Origin: Lachnospiraceae bacterium
GTDB lineage: Bacteria; Bacillota; Clostridia; Lachnospirales; Lachnospiraceae
Direction of reading: 5' to 3'
Assembly (NCBI GenBank): GCA_024697225.1
Contig: JAILGA010000158.1
Span: 6,898-70,897, forward strand
Length of the DNA stretch: 64,000 bases
Part shown: positions 10,693-20,950 of the stretch, piece by piece
Position numbering within the stretch: the first letter of the stretch is position 1
Layout: every line of letters starts with the position of its first letter
Translations under genes and position numbers: made by a program
Notes under the pieces: generated by a model
What the model was told of the DNA's origin: nothing
Seen by the model: only the letters and a program-made list of their open reading frames with translations
Database searches by the model: none

Positions 10693-11916
10693 CTAGATAT
10701 CACGCACCATATCCAGTATCTCATCCGCGTACTGCGGATAGTCCCTTGCGAGCCGCTCTATTTCGTCCTTTGCACGGCCGCGGACCTTGTGCTCATTATA
10801 CTCCATTCTCTCTCTCAGAGCCTGACGTCTCCCGATCAGCTCATGGCGTACTTCAACCTCCTCGCCTGTATCTGCCAGGGCGGGAAGCTTTCTCATCCAC
10901 ACCTCGGGGTACTGCAGTCTGAAATTCCTCAGCATCGCCAGAAGATCCCTCTGAGACTCCATCATCACCTTTTCCGAGCCCCTGAGCTTGGCCCTGTCCT
11001 CTTTTTCCTTCTCATAGAGCTCATACATGTGCTGCAGCTCCTCGGAGCTCTTCACATGGTATTTCAGGACCATATAGTTTATCAGGTTCCTGTTGTTTAC
11101 ATAGCGGATCTTCACGGTATTCTGAAGCATGATCAGCCTCGATATGCCGCTGCCCGCGATCTTCTTTTCCTTTGCAGCATTCTGGCTCCTGGTGGTGATA
11201 AGCACCGCCGCTACCGCGGCAAAGAGGATCGCCAGCAGATACCCCGGCCGCACATCTATAGAAAGCATCTTCCCCAGCACAAAGAGCAGTACAAGGAATA
11301 CTATAAGGAGTACTGTTGTGAAGATCGTCAGGAAAAAGCCCGCGGAGATCCTGCGGTCCAGCTCGTCAAGCCTGTACTCATAAGCATTCCGCTCATTGTC
11401 GAGGCGGCGCAGGTCATTTTTAATCTTGCGCGACTGGTCCTCGGCATCGGACATGGTTTTTATAATTTCCTTTGTTTTGGGTCCCAGCTCGTGCATCCTC
11501 TCAAAGTCGCTCTCGCTCATTGAGACCTCACGATTGTAGAACTCCTTTCTGCCGATGGAGGCGTCGATTATCTTCTGCGCGAGCGCCGCCACATCTGCCC
11601 TGTGCTTGTCCGGGAGCGCGTCTATCTCCTCAAGGTCGTGCAGATAGGCAGTGACCGTCCGGTACTCGTACTCGAGCTCATCCATCTCCGCCCGGGCTTC
11701 GGCGATCTGTGTAAGACAAGCGTTGACAAACTCCCTGCGCTCGGCGGGATCGTCCATGTCCATGTCTTCGCGGCTGTATACGACCTCCGCCCAGTTCTCC
11801 TCGGTGGCCTCCTCGCGCGGTCTTCTCGGAGCGCGGCGGACAGCTCTTGCCTGTCCCGGCATCCTTCTTTGCCTGGCGGATGCGCGCTTTGTTCTTTTTC
11901 TGACCGGTCTCTTCAT
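10693..11916 (-). CDS. Hypothetical coiled-coil membrane protein (2 TM)
   Basis: Long charged helical regions flanking two hydrophobic segments; basic N-terminus; 4-bp overlap with upstream gene. Confidence 0.7.
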   Translation of the reverse strand: MKRPVRKRTKRASARQRRMPGQARAVRRAPRRPREEATEENWAEVVYSREDMDMDDPAERREFVNACLTQIAEARAEMDELEYEYRTVTAYLHDLEEIDALPDKHRADVAALAQKIIDASIGRKEFYNREVSMSESDFERMHELGPKTKEIIKTMSDAEDQSRKIKNDLRRLDNERNAYEYRLDELDRRISAGFFLTIFTTVLLIVFLVLLFVLGKMLSIDVRPGYLLAILFAAVAAVLITTRSQNAAKEKKIAGSGISRLIMLQNTVKIRYVNNRNLINYMVLKYHVKSSEELQHMYELYEKEKEDRAKLRGSEKVMMESQRDLLAMLRNFRLQYPEVWMRKLPALADTGEEVEVRHELIGRRQALRERMEYNEHKVRGRAKDEIERLARDYPQYADEILDMVRDI

Positions 11917-14174
11917 AACAGTCTCGCGCGGCCCAGCATGCGCATGGAATTAGCCACCGTCTCTTTTTCGCAGTCCGCGGTCTCTCTGTCAAATTCCATC
12001 AGTTTTCCGGTGTCGAGATAAACGGAGAGTGTGTTTATAAAATGATTGTCCGCACCTGCGGCGAAGAGATCCAGGGTCTCTCCCAGTCTTGTTTCAAAGG
12101 TGAGAGACTCCGGAGACAGCTCGGGTCTCGTTCCGATCGCATTGATATAGTTCTCCTCGTCCATGGAGAGTCTGAGCGCCGCAAGATATGCCTCCTTGAC
12201 CTGGGGATCGCCGCTTTGCCTGAAGGCCTTCTCCATGCATACCGCGGCGGCGCCGTAGTTAAAGAGCCTCGTATAGATCACGCCCTCGTCATAGGCAAGT
12301 CTCGCGTTCACTATCGGGTCGGGGGAGGGACCGGCGGCCTGAAACGCCCTTATCTGGCCGTAGGCTTCGGACAGTCTTCCTTCCCTTATCAGATACTCGG
12401 TTATCTTCAGCTTCTTCTCGGAGCTGTCGCGGGCATCGCCGTCCCTTAAGGTCTCCTCTATCGTTCTGGATTCACCCGAGGCAAAAAGCCCCACGTAATC
12501 CATGATGGCGCTGACTCTTGATGCCAGCGAGGTCCCTCGCTTTTTCAGTTCCCGCAGCCTGTCGGCCAGAGGTGCAAGACCGCACTCGTGCTCGATCCAG
12601 TCCTCAAGCCCCGCGGGAATGTGCTCAAGAGTGAGCAGATAGTCATTCTTTTTGATGAAATATAACAGCTCTTCCACGGAGAATACTCTGACGTCCATGA
12701 ATACGAACTCGCAGGGATGCACTGCCATTCTTCCGACACACAGCACCGGCTCCTCCACCACGCCCTTCTCAAGAGTGCGTGCGGGCGCAGAACCTGTCTC
12801 CACCGGAATGAAGCGTTCCCAGTGGCCGCCCTCCGACGGGAACATGTCGCCGAAGCCCTGATCCGTAACGGCGAGCCTTATCCTGTCAGGGGAGAACATG
12901 GTCACCTCCATGCGGACCCTTGCTACCCTGCCGTCAGATCTGCCGGAGCCCGGACCCAGTTCAAGACCGTCCAGCTCAAGCACCTCCGAGCGGGTGATGC
13001 CGTCCGAAAGGGGCGTCACCTCAAGGACCACTCTCGGATCCTTCTCCAGTATGACATCCACCTGGGCCTTCTCCTGATACCAGCATCTGCCGGCATCCAG
13101 AAGCGCCCGATAATGACTGTTTCCCTGTTTTCTGACCCTGATGCCCACATTTGCCCTGATGCTGTCGGGCCCGAGGAACGCCGTATCCTCCGCCTCATTA
13201 CTGTCAGCTACCGCATATACCGCGCCTCTGCTGAACAGATTGTTGCCGAGAAAAACCCTCCTTCCGCGGCAGGCATATTCCAGGGATTCGCCAAGCCACG
13301 ACTCGTCAAAGCCGCTCCCCAAAAAGAACACCGCCGAAACCTCGTGTCCGGAAATGCTCTCCTCCAATATCCGAAGCATCGCCCTGTCTTTGTCTTCTGC
13401 CTCATCGGGGAGGGGCTCCTCCTCACTCCTTGCCACCATGGCGACAAAAGGTTTTGTATTGTGGTTTACCGTATATCTGTAGCTTACGAGTCCCGACTCA
13501 TTTCCGCTAAACGCAAGGACCTCGCTGCCGCCGCTTTCCGACGGTCTGTTCTTCATGTAATAAAACAGGCTCTCCGAAAAGGTGCACCAGCTGATCCTCA
13601 CACTTTCGGGAAGTGCCACAACAAGATCCGACGCCAGGCTCTTCATCATCCTGCCCGCGTTCCCGGATCCTCCTTTGAAAACACCGGGATCCGCCTGATC
13701 ATACGTATCCACAGGATCCGTGAAGGCAGTCCCCTCATCCGGGACATCAACTGTCAGTACCAGTCTCCCTATTACGTCCAGCCCCGTGGCGGGACCTGCG
13801 ATGTCCATGACGAGAAGTGCGAGCAGCTTTCTGACATACAGCGCAAGAAGCGAAACGCCCAGGAAGCTCTCGCCTGCGATATTCACCTCGCCTCCCTCAA
13901 GGGCCAGTTCATAGAGCCTTCCTATGCCCTCAGCCTCTTTTTCGGCCACGGCCTTAACGGCATCTCTGCCGAATATCCACTGCCCGCCGTTCTTTCTCCT
14001 TGCGAGTGCCAGCGGAATATCATAAGCCTCGGTTCCGGCAATATCCGAAAGGGTCTCCGGCTCATCCGAACCGGGTCTTAAGAAGCTCACCTGAGCGGAG
14101 TCGCTTTTTATCGCCACGCCCACAGCAAGCTTTGCAGCCGTCGGTTTTTCTACAGAAAATGCCATATCACTCAC
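11913..14174 (-). CDS. DUF5716-type protein; divergent Hsp70-like N-terminal part plus C-terminal TPR-like domain
   Basis: Motif-by-motif resemblance to DnaK (see findings); DUF name from recall of Lachnospiraceae annotations; overlaps both neighbours. Confidence 0.6.
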   Translation of the reverse strand: MSDMAFSVEKPTAAKLAVGVAIKSDSAQVSFLRPGSDEPETLSDIAGTEAYDIPLALARRKNGGQWIFGRDAVKAVAEKEAEGIGRLYELALEGGEVNIAGESFLGVSLLALYVRKLLALLVMDIAGPATGLDVIGRLVLTVDVPDEGTAFTDPVDTYDQADPGVFKGGSGNAGRMMKSLASDLVVALPESVRISWCTFSESLFYYMKNRPSESGGSEVLAFSGNESGLVSYRYTVNHNTKPFVAMVARSEEEPLPDEAEDKDRAMLRILEESISGHEVSAVFFLGSGFDESWLGESLEYACRGRRVFLGNNLFSRGAVYAVADSNEAEDTAFLGPDSIRANVGIRVRKQGNSHYRALLDAGRCWYQEKAQVDVILEKDPRVVLEVTPLSDGITRSEVLELDGLELGPGSGRSDGRVARVRMEVTMFSPDRIRLAVTDQGFGDMFPSEGGHWERFIPVETGSAPARTLEKGVVEEPVLCVGRMAVHPCEFVFMDVRVFSVEELLYFIKKNDYLLTLEHIPAGLEDWIEHECGLAPLADRLRELKKRGTSLASRVSAIMDYVGLFASGESRTIEETLRDGDARDSSEKKLKITEYLIREGRLSEAYGQIRAFQAAGPSPDPIVNARLAYDEGVIYTRLFNYGAAAVCMEKAFRQSGDPQVKEAYLAALRLSMDEENYINAIGTRPELSPESLTFETRLGETLDLFAAGADNHFINTLSVYLDTGKLMEFDRETADCEKETVANSMRMLGRARLL

Positions 14175-17100
14175 CCGGAAGCGGGAACAGTTTTCCGCTC
14201 AGAAACTCATTTTTGTAGATCAGATAAAGCGTATCCTTTACCGCCTTTCTGTCGTTCACCGCCTTGGCTCTCATAAGCCTTGCGGTGAGAGCATATCTCG
14301 TCTCTCCCTCGGGATCCGCCTCGTCATACCCGCAGTTTAGCACCCCCGAGGTGACGAGCCTGTCGGTATCGCCGTCGCTCACTGTCAGGAAATAGACAGC
14401 CTTCTCGCCCGGATACAGAACCTCCCCAAGAGTGTACATTCCGGGATAAGGCTCGCGCATGCGGCCGGGTATCCAGACGCTCCGGGCATCCCTGCCGGTG
14501 CGTTCCCCCGCATCATCCCTGTCATACCTTTTCACCCAGGCGGTGACGGCCATACCCTGATCGCCAGCCCACTGGATATAGCGCATCCCCTCGCCGAGCG
14601 AAAGAGCCGGAAGCCTGTCGGAATACCCGGTAAGGAACGGCATTGAAAGCTCGTTTTCACCGAGCTTTGAAAGAAAGTCATCCGCCACCTCCATCTCGTC
14701 GGCCGCGGCTTTTCTGCCCGAACTCCTGTCGGCATGGAACTTGAGATAAGCAAGCCGTATGCCGTCCGTCATCTCCTCGCCGGTAAGAGCAAGGATCTTT
14801 ATCCTCTCGGCAATGAAAGCGCTCATGGTGCCGGTACCCCTTATATACCCGTCGGCCACCCTGTCGATATACCTGATCTGAAGATCCGTCCGGCCTCCGT
14901 CTTTGACAAAGGTTCTGAAGATCCTCTCCTCCTGATCGGTGTGTCCGCCCGTATATATGAGCTGCTCCAATATTCTCTCCGCCAGCGGCAGCGTATTCAC
15001 GGAGAAGGAGCCGCAGGCTCTGTATATCGCCAGTTCGTCCTCCAGAAACCCCGAGTAATCCCTGACCACGCACGAAAGTATGCTCTCATCGTATTTGCCG
15101 GTCCTGAAGGCCGCAATGGCGAGTCTCACACCGTCCTCACCCCCGGGGAAGACGCCTCTGTCCATCGCACGCGAACAGAGCCGGTAGAGTGTCCTGTCGC
15201 TCACTCCGAGAAAGCCGAATCTGAGAATCCACTCCGCCGCAGTTTCATAGGCACCTGACAGCACCAGCATCTCAAGGATCTCACCTCTCGTCCGCGCTCT
15301 CATCCTGCCCGGATGCGAGCGCGGGATGTAATCCGAAAGCTGTCTCACGAAGTCATTGTCGTAGTAGAAACGTATCAGTTCTTCGGATATCTCGTTCCTG
15401 CACCTGGCCATCAGCTGGTCGGATTCGGCAAGCCGCCTGTATCTGTCCACATTTTCAGACGTCACCGACATCCTGCCGGCCTCAGTGAGATACAGATTGA
15501 TGTTGGCCTTCCCCTCTCTGAGGAATGGCGTTATGCTGTCATAGCTCTTCTCATCCACGAGTCTTCTGGGAGTTCCGACCTTGTTCCAGACCATATCCCT
15601 GTTCTTTACCTGTCCCGCGGGTCTTGCGTAGCGTCTGCCGGCCGCGTCCTCAAGAAGAACGGCCGATTCGCCGGAATATATTGTGACCCTTGCCCTGCCG
15701 TCGATAACAGGGAAGACCCTCTCTGACCTGAGCCTGTCATAAACAACCACTACACGTCTCACCGACGGATCACCTATCTCGTAGAAAGCTGTGTGGATCG
15801 CCTCAAAGAAGCGCTCCGCGCTGATGGGATCCGAGGGCTGGATCGTGGAAAAATGTGAATAAAGAGCGCTGAGATTCCTGTCTATCCTTCCCTTTGCCAT
15901 CTGTTCAGCGACAAATCTCTCTATCTGCGGGAGATACTCGGCATACAGAGCCGGCTCCTCCTCCCTGACGGACATGACATAGCGGTACAGCAGCGCATTT
16001 TTGTCGACGGGAAGCTCGGATCTGTATGAGAAATACATGAGCACCTGTCTGGGTATCTCCATGTCTCCCGTATTCCAGTCGCCGTCGGGCTCCGGCAGCG
16101 ACATCATATAGTATTCATAAAGTCTGGTGATGCGGCTGTCATTCTTCACCCCGAGCCTGTACCACCTGAAGGCCTCCGCGTCCGTGCGTCCCATCTTTAT
16201 CATGAGCGCACACATCGCATCCACTGCTCCCGATTCCGGATCCGCTCTGTAGCAGGCTTCGAGAACCCTGTACATCCTCTCGCAGCCCTTCTTCTCCCTT
16301 GCCAGTATCCACACGACCCTGTCTATCAGCGGTCTCGGTATTGCATCGTGCCTTGCGGCAAAGGTGAGACAAAAGAGCGTCAGATCATCGATCTTTTTGA
16401 GGACAGAAGGATCCTGTGCCATGAGATCCAGCGCCTCCACATAGAGCAGGGGACTCCTGCAGCCGTTCGCGAACTGCTCGGAATAAAGCTTCATCCTCCT
16501 GGTATTGCCCTGAGCTCTGTCATCAAAGAGGAACTGTAGTATCCACGCGATCCGCCAGTTCTCCGGATTGGCGCGGAGCATGCCTGTGATGATATCCTCA
16601 ACAGCGGCTATCTTTTTTTCATCCCTTGAAATGAGCGTCTCCAGATACAGGAAATACGCCCTCATCGTGTTGCCGTAGGCCGCGGTCTCCTCGACGCTTG
16701 TACGCACATTGTCAAGCACCCACACGGCCTCGGATTCCCTGGCTGCCGTGATCAGATAATGCGCCGTATACAGCTTGAATCTCACATCATCAGGGGCCAT
16801 TGCCGTCATATCCGCGACTGTCTTTGCGGTCTCTATGAGCCACTCTCTGGAGCGCTTCTTTCCGAGCTTGTAATCGACATAGCTCCTTATGAGCTTCATC
16901 TCGAGATCCTGCTTCTTTGCGTGGTCTGCGGGAATCCCCTTCACAACATCAGCCGCTCTTGTGACCTCTATCCTGATCTCAAGATCAGCGTAGGGCGAGC
17001 GCAGCCTTATCCGTCCGAAGTTCCTTCCCGCATGAAGAGCGTCATAACTGATATCCACAGGGAGCCTCGAGACATTGCCGAGGAAATCCCTGTCCATAAG

Positions 17101-17823
17101 TCTGTCCTTGCGGAGGATCAGAAAATCACCCTCGGAAGAGATGTCGAGTCTGGTATACCCCCAGCCCTTTCTGGTCACGGTGATCATCTCCTCGGTGTCC
17201 TCGCTTATCCTGTCGAGGACGATGTCCGTGCGGTCGACGGAGTACTCCATCGGATCCTTCTTCCTTATGGCGACCAGAAACTCCTCCACGTTGTGGCCCT
17301 TGTCGTCCGATGCCGCATCCGTGCCCGAAAGTCCTCTGTATATGCTGAAATACTTGCGTTCCGATCCGTGAAAGAGCTCAGCGAGCCCCGGAACATAGAA
17401 AAGACGCACTGCTTCATCGAAGCTGCGCCTTGCCAGATTGGCAAAATGAAAGAGATTGCGGATCTCTTCCTTTTCACCCTCCCTCTCTCCCGCCACGACG
17501 GGATACGGGGTGCGGACCCTGAGAGTGACCTCGACACAGGCCTCTCCCCTGTCCGTTATCACCGCAAAGCAGGTCTTTACGGTATCTCCGCCCTTCAGAC
17601 CATCTGAGCGGTATTTAAATCCTATCTCCTCCGAGACACCCGCAAATTCGGGCGTCAGAACAGTAAAAAGGGGGTCGTCGACCTGTACACGGCCTTCCAT
17701 GACCGTGTCATCGTCTGATGTAATCATAAAGGCACTCTCCCCTGTCTCGCCGGGGTCGACCGTTATCTCCAGTCTGTCGGCGGAAAGGGAGAATGCCCCC
17801 TGTCGCTTTAGATCTTCCATCAA
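14167..17823 (-). CDS. DUF5717-type large protein (Ig-like beta domains plus helical/TPR-like repeats)
   Basis: 1218-aa ORF; beta-rich N-terminal segments followed by helical repeats; DUF name from recall. Confidence 0.65.
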   Translation of the reverse strand: MMEDLKRQGAFSLSADRLEITVDPGETGESAFMITSDDDTVMEGRVQVDDPLFTVLTPEFAGVSEEIGFKYRSDGLKGGDTVKTCFAVITDRGEACVEVTLRVRTPYPVVAGEREGEKEEIRNLFHFANLARRSFDEAVRLFYVPGLAELFHGSERKYFSIYRGLSGTDAASDDKGHNVEEFLVAIRKKDPMEYSVDRTDIVLDRISEDTEEMITVTRKGWGYTRLDISSEGDFLILRKDRLMDRDFLGNVSRLPVDISYDALHAGRNFGRIRLRSPYADLEIRIEVTRAADVVKGIPADHAKKQDLEMKLIRSYVDYKLGKKRSREWLIETAKTVADMTAMAPDDVRFKLYTAHYLITAARESEAVWVLDNVRTSVEETAAYGNTMRAYFLYLETLISRDEKKIAAVEDIITGMLRANPENWRIAWILQFLFDDRAQGNTRRMKLYSEQFANGCRSPLLYVEALDLMAQDPSVLKKIDDLTLFCLTFAARHDAIPRPLIDRVVWILAREKKGCERMYRVLEACYRADPESGAVDAMCALMIKMGRTDAEAFRWYRLGVKNDSRITRLYEYYMMSLPEPDGDWNTGDMEIPRQVLMYFSYRSELPVDKNALLYRYVMSVREEEPALYAEYLPQIERFVAEQMAKGRIDRNLSALYSHFSTIQPSDPISAERFFEAIHTAFYEIGDPSVRRVVVVYDRLRSERVFPVIDGRARVTIYSGESAVLLEDAAGRRYARPAGQVKNRDMVWNKVGTPRRLVDEKSYDSITPFLREGKANINLYLTEAGRMSVTSENVDRYRRLAESDQLMARCRNEISEELIRFYYDNDFVRQLSDYIPRSHPGRMRARTRGEILEMLVLSGAYETAAEWILRFGFLGVSDRTLYRLCSRAMDRGVFPGGEDGVRLAIAAFRTGKYDESILSCVVRDYSGFLEDELAIYRACGSFSVNTLPLAERILEQLIYTGGHTDQEERIFRTFVKDGGRTDLQIRYIDRVADGYIRGTGTMSAFIAERIKILALTGEEMTDGIRLAYLKFHADRSSGRKAAADEMEVADDFLSKLGENELSMPFLTGYSDRLPALSLGEGMRYIQWAGDQGMAVTAWVKRYDRDDAGERTGRDARSVWIPGRMREPYPGMYTLGEVLYPGEKAVYFLTVSDGDTDRLVTSGVLNCGYDEADPEGETRYALTARLMRAKAVNDRKAVKDTLYLIYKNEFLSGKLFPLPGE

Positions 17824-19556
17824 TTCCTGAAGTAGCTTATGGTATCCTGCAGGCTATCGGCAAGCAGCTGAAGCTGGGTCGCCGATTCGCTGATGACCGA
17901 GAAGGTGGCCGAGAGTTCCTGCATGGATGCATTGGTCTCCTGTGTCGACGCCGCATTCTCCTCGGATATGGCTGAGAGATCCTGGATTATCTCCACAAGT
18001 GACATCTTGGCATTGTTCAGATCCGTCACCCTCTCGGAGATCTGCTTGGAGCTGAGCTCCACATTTCCGACATTGGAGAACATATCCTGCATATCCTGCT
18101 GCGTCGAGGTGAGCTGCTCACCCTGTGCCGCAAAATTCTCGTTGAGTTTGTTCATGACCTCGACAGAGGCCTCGGAATCTGAAAGGAGTTTTTCAACAAT
18201 ATCCTTGATCTGATCCGCGCTCTGCTTGGACTGATCGGCAAGCTTCTGGATCTGGCTTGCGACGACCGCGAAGCCCTTGCCGGCCTCACCGGCTCTGGCT
18301 GCCTCGATGGAGGCGTTCAGCGAGAGCAGGTTCGTCTCTTCCGCTATATCCGTGATGGCATCCGAGAACTGGCTGATGCCCTTTGCACTCTCGTTGGTAG
18401 ACTGTATCGTATGGTCGATCTCCTGAACGGAAGCCATGACCTCCTGGCTCTGGGAGATCAGTCTCTCCATTGCTTCCATGGCATTGTCACAGGATTTCTT
18501 CATCTGAGTGGTATACTCATCAAGCTGGGATACATTGTCGCTTATATCATCGATGTCCCTGCCGATGCCGTCAGTGTTCGTGGCCGCTGTCTGAATGCTC
18601 TCGGCCTGTGACACCGCACCCCTGGAAACCTCGTTGACGGCGTCAGATACCTGACTTGAAGCAGTGGAAGCCTGGCCGGCGGAATCCGAGAGATCCTTAC
18701 TGGAAGCTCTGAGTTCCTCGCTCATCCTCTGTGTCTCACCGATGATATCGGATATCTTATTTCTGAACTGGAGCGTGCTGTCGACGATCGTTCCGAGCTC
18801 ATCCTTTCTTGCGAGCATGGAATTGTCAACCTCCGCATTCAGATCACCGCCGGCGAGTTTGTTGATGCTCTCGGCGATGCCCGTCATCTTCTTGGTGGTC
18901 CTGAGGGCCACAAACAGACCCACGATGAGGATCACCAGGACCATTACAGCGGAAATGGCAATCATCTTTATGACAATGGCAAATACATTTCCCGACACGT
19001 CGGTGGTCACACGGCCCGCAAAGACCATTCCGATCCTGGTGCCGTCGGGCTGTTCAAGGGGAACATAGTACGCGTTGAAGGGCTTTCCGCCAATTACAAG
19101 ATCCGGTGCAAAGTACTCCTGCCCCTTATTGATAACCGTTTCAACCACCTTGTCACTTGCGGTGGTCCCGATCATCCTCTCGGAGGAATTCTCCTTATAA
19201 AGAGTTGTCAGCATTCTTGTGTTTCCGAAGAAGATGGTATACTCGATGCCGGTCTGCTTTTTCAGATTATCAAGTATGGCATCCTGGCCGCTGATCTTGT
19301 GTTCGCCCTTATACAGGTCGCCGTTGGCATCCAGCGTCCAATCGCCCTCATAGAGGCGCTCAAATTCATCGTCAAGATGCTCGGCTGTGGCCTTTAACTC
19401 CTCCTCGATAAGCTTTTCATAAGTATTATTTATCTCGATGCCCGCCATGACTGTCTCAATGGCAGCAACAAGAACCACCGCAACAAGCGCGATCATAATG
19501 ATCTTGATCAGAAGTTTTCCGTTTCTCTTTACCATAACTGTCTCCGTCTGTGCCAT
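17820..19556 (-). CDS. Methyl-accepting chemotaxis protein (Cache sensor, HAMP)
   Basis: Two TMs, HAMP (RKDELG), signalling core [26 protein letters not shown]. Confidence 0.93.
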   Translation of the reverse strand: MAQTETVMVKRNGKLLIKIIMIALVAVVLVAAIETVMAGIEINNTYEKLIEEELKATAEHLDDEFERLYEGDWTLDANGDLYKGEHKISGQDAILDNLKKQTGIEYTIFFGNTRMLTTLYKENSSERMIGTTASDKVVETVINKGQEYFAPDLVIGGKPFNAYYVPLEQPDGTRIGMVFAGRVTTDVSGNVFAIVIKMIAISAVMVLVILIVGLFVALRTTKKMTGIAESINKLAGGDLNAEVDNSMLARKDELGTIVDSTLQFRNKISDIIGETQRMSEELRASSKDLSDSAGQASTASSQVSDAVNEVSRGAVSQAESIQTAATNTDGIGRDIDDISDNVSQLDEYTTQMKKSCDNAMEAMERLISQSQEVMASVQEIDHTIQSTNESAKGISQFSDAITDIAEETNLLSLNASIEAARAGEAGKGFAVVASQIQKLADQSKQSADQIKDIVEKLLSDSEASVEVMNKLNENFAAQGEQLTSTQQDMQDMFSNVGNVELSSKQISERVTDLNNAKMSLVEIIQDLSAISEENAASTQETNASMQELSATFSVISESATQLQLLADSLQDTISYFRN

Positions 19557-19561
19557 AACTG

Positions 19562-20017
19562 CTAACCCTCCTCACATATGCTCTCGTAAAACTTGACTGC
19601 CTCACTCAGGTCATTATCATCAGGCCTGCTCTTGAACGCGCCTCCGAAAATCTTCAGAGGGCCGAATGTACAAAAACCCTTCGTATGCCAGCTTCCCCTG
19701 ATCACGGCGTTCCGTTTTTCAAGAAAGGTCTTCAGATCGTCACTGTAGCCTTTCCTGTCCATGGCGCTGGTATAGATGATGAACACATTTTTCCTGTCGG
19801 GGAGATTGATCTGCGCAAATGTCAAAAGCTTCTTTGCGAACTGACCTCCGTAGATGCCGGAAGCAAACCCTATCAGCTCGTATCCCGAGAGATCGACTTC
19901 TATCTTGGTGGCTGCATCTATCAGAGTCACTTCTTCATGTGCCGCAGCAATCGCCTCAACTACCTTTTTCGTATTCCCGTGATGTTCCGAAAAATAAACT
20001 ATCGCCGTCTTCTTCAT
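19562..20017 (-). CDS. Flavodoxin family protein
   Basis: [17 protein letters not shown] loop, GFASGIY. Confidence 0.85.
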   Translation of the reverse strand: MKKTAIVYFSEHHGNTKKVVEAIAAAHEEVTLIDAATKIEVDLSGYELIGFASGIYGGQFAKKLLTFAQINLPDRKNVFIIYTSAMDRKGYSDDLKTFLEKRNAVIRGSWHTKGFCTFGPLKIFGGAFKSRPDDNDLSEAVKFYESICEEG

Positions 20018-20084
20018 TGTTCACCCCGTCCCCGCATATCATTATGCAGGGCACAACACGAGGTTGATTTTACCATTTTCACCA

Positions 20085-20939
20085 TTAAATAGCAATAGGT
20101 ATTTTTTTGATCTGCTCGCCGTGGACGTAGTTTTCAAGGGAAACATCCTCCGGTGTAAAGCTGTAAAAGTCCGTAACATCGGGGTTTAAGCAAAACACCG
20201 GTGCGGGATATGCAGGTCTTTCAATGAGTTCCCTGATTATCGGCACATGTCTGTCGTATATATGGGCGTCAGCTATGACGTGGACGAACTCTCCGGCCAC
20301 CATGCCCACAGTCTGCGCCAGCATGTGGATCAGGACCGCATACTGCACCACGTTCCAGTTGTTCGCGGCGAGTATGTCCTGCGAGCGCTGGTTCAGTATT
20401 GCATTCAGCACCAGCTGCTCCTTTCCGTCCTTCTTTTCCGCAGTCACGTTAAAGGTCATGCTGTAGGCGCAGGGATATAGGTTCATCTCAGAGAGATCGG
20501 CATGGTTGTAGATGTTGGTCATAATGCGCCTGGAGAAGGGGTTGTTCTTAAGGTCATAAATGACACGGTCGACCTGATCGAACATGCCCTCTTTATATTT
20601 GTGCTTCACGCTCATCTGATAGCCATAGGCCTTTCCGATGGAGCCGTCCTCATCGGCCCATTCGTCCCAGATGTGGGAGCCGAGATCATGAATGTTGTTG
20701 GACTTTTTCTGCCAGATCCAGAGCATCTCATCGGTCGCAAGCTTGAGGGCTGTGGGTCTCAGGGTCAGTATGGGAAATTCCTTTCTCAGGTCATAGCGGT
20801 TGACGACGCCGAATTTCTTGATGGTATATGCGCTCTCGCCGTCCGGCCAGTGGGGTCTCACCTTTTCCCCCTCGGTGGAGGTCCCGTTCTCCAGGACATC
20901 CCGGCACATGGCAATGAAGATTTCGTCAGCTCTGCTCAT
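20085..20939 (-). CDS. thyA: Thymidylate synthase
   Basis: IWDEWAD, LYPC, LNQRSQD, ADAHIYDRH; start MSRADE after a GGAGG SD. Confidence 0.95.
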   Translation of the reverse strand: MSRADEIFIAMCRDVLENGTSTEGEKVRPHWPDGESAYTIKKFGVVNRYDLRKEFPILTLRPTALKLATDEMLWIWQKKSNNIHDLGSHIWDEWADEDGSIGKAYGYQMSVKHKYKEGMFDQVDRVIYDLKNNPFSRRIMTNIYNHADLSEMNLYPCAYSMTFNVTAEKKDGKEQLVLNAILNQRSQDILAANNWNVVQYAVLIHMLAQTVGMVAGEFVHVIADAHIYDRHVPIIRELIERPAYPAPVFCLNPDVTDFYSFTPEDVSLENYVHGEQIKKIPIAI

Positions 20940-20950
20940 GATCCTGCCTC

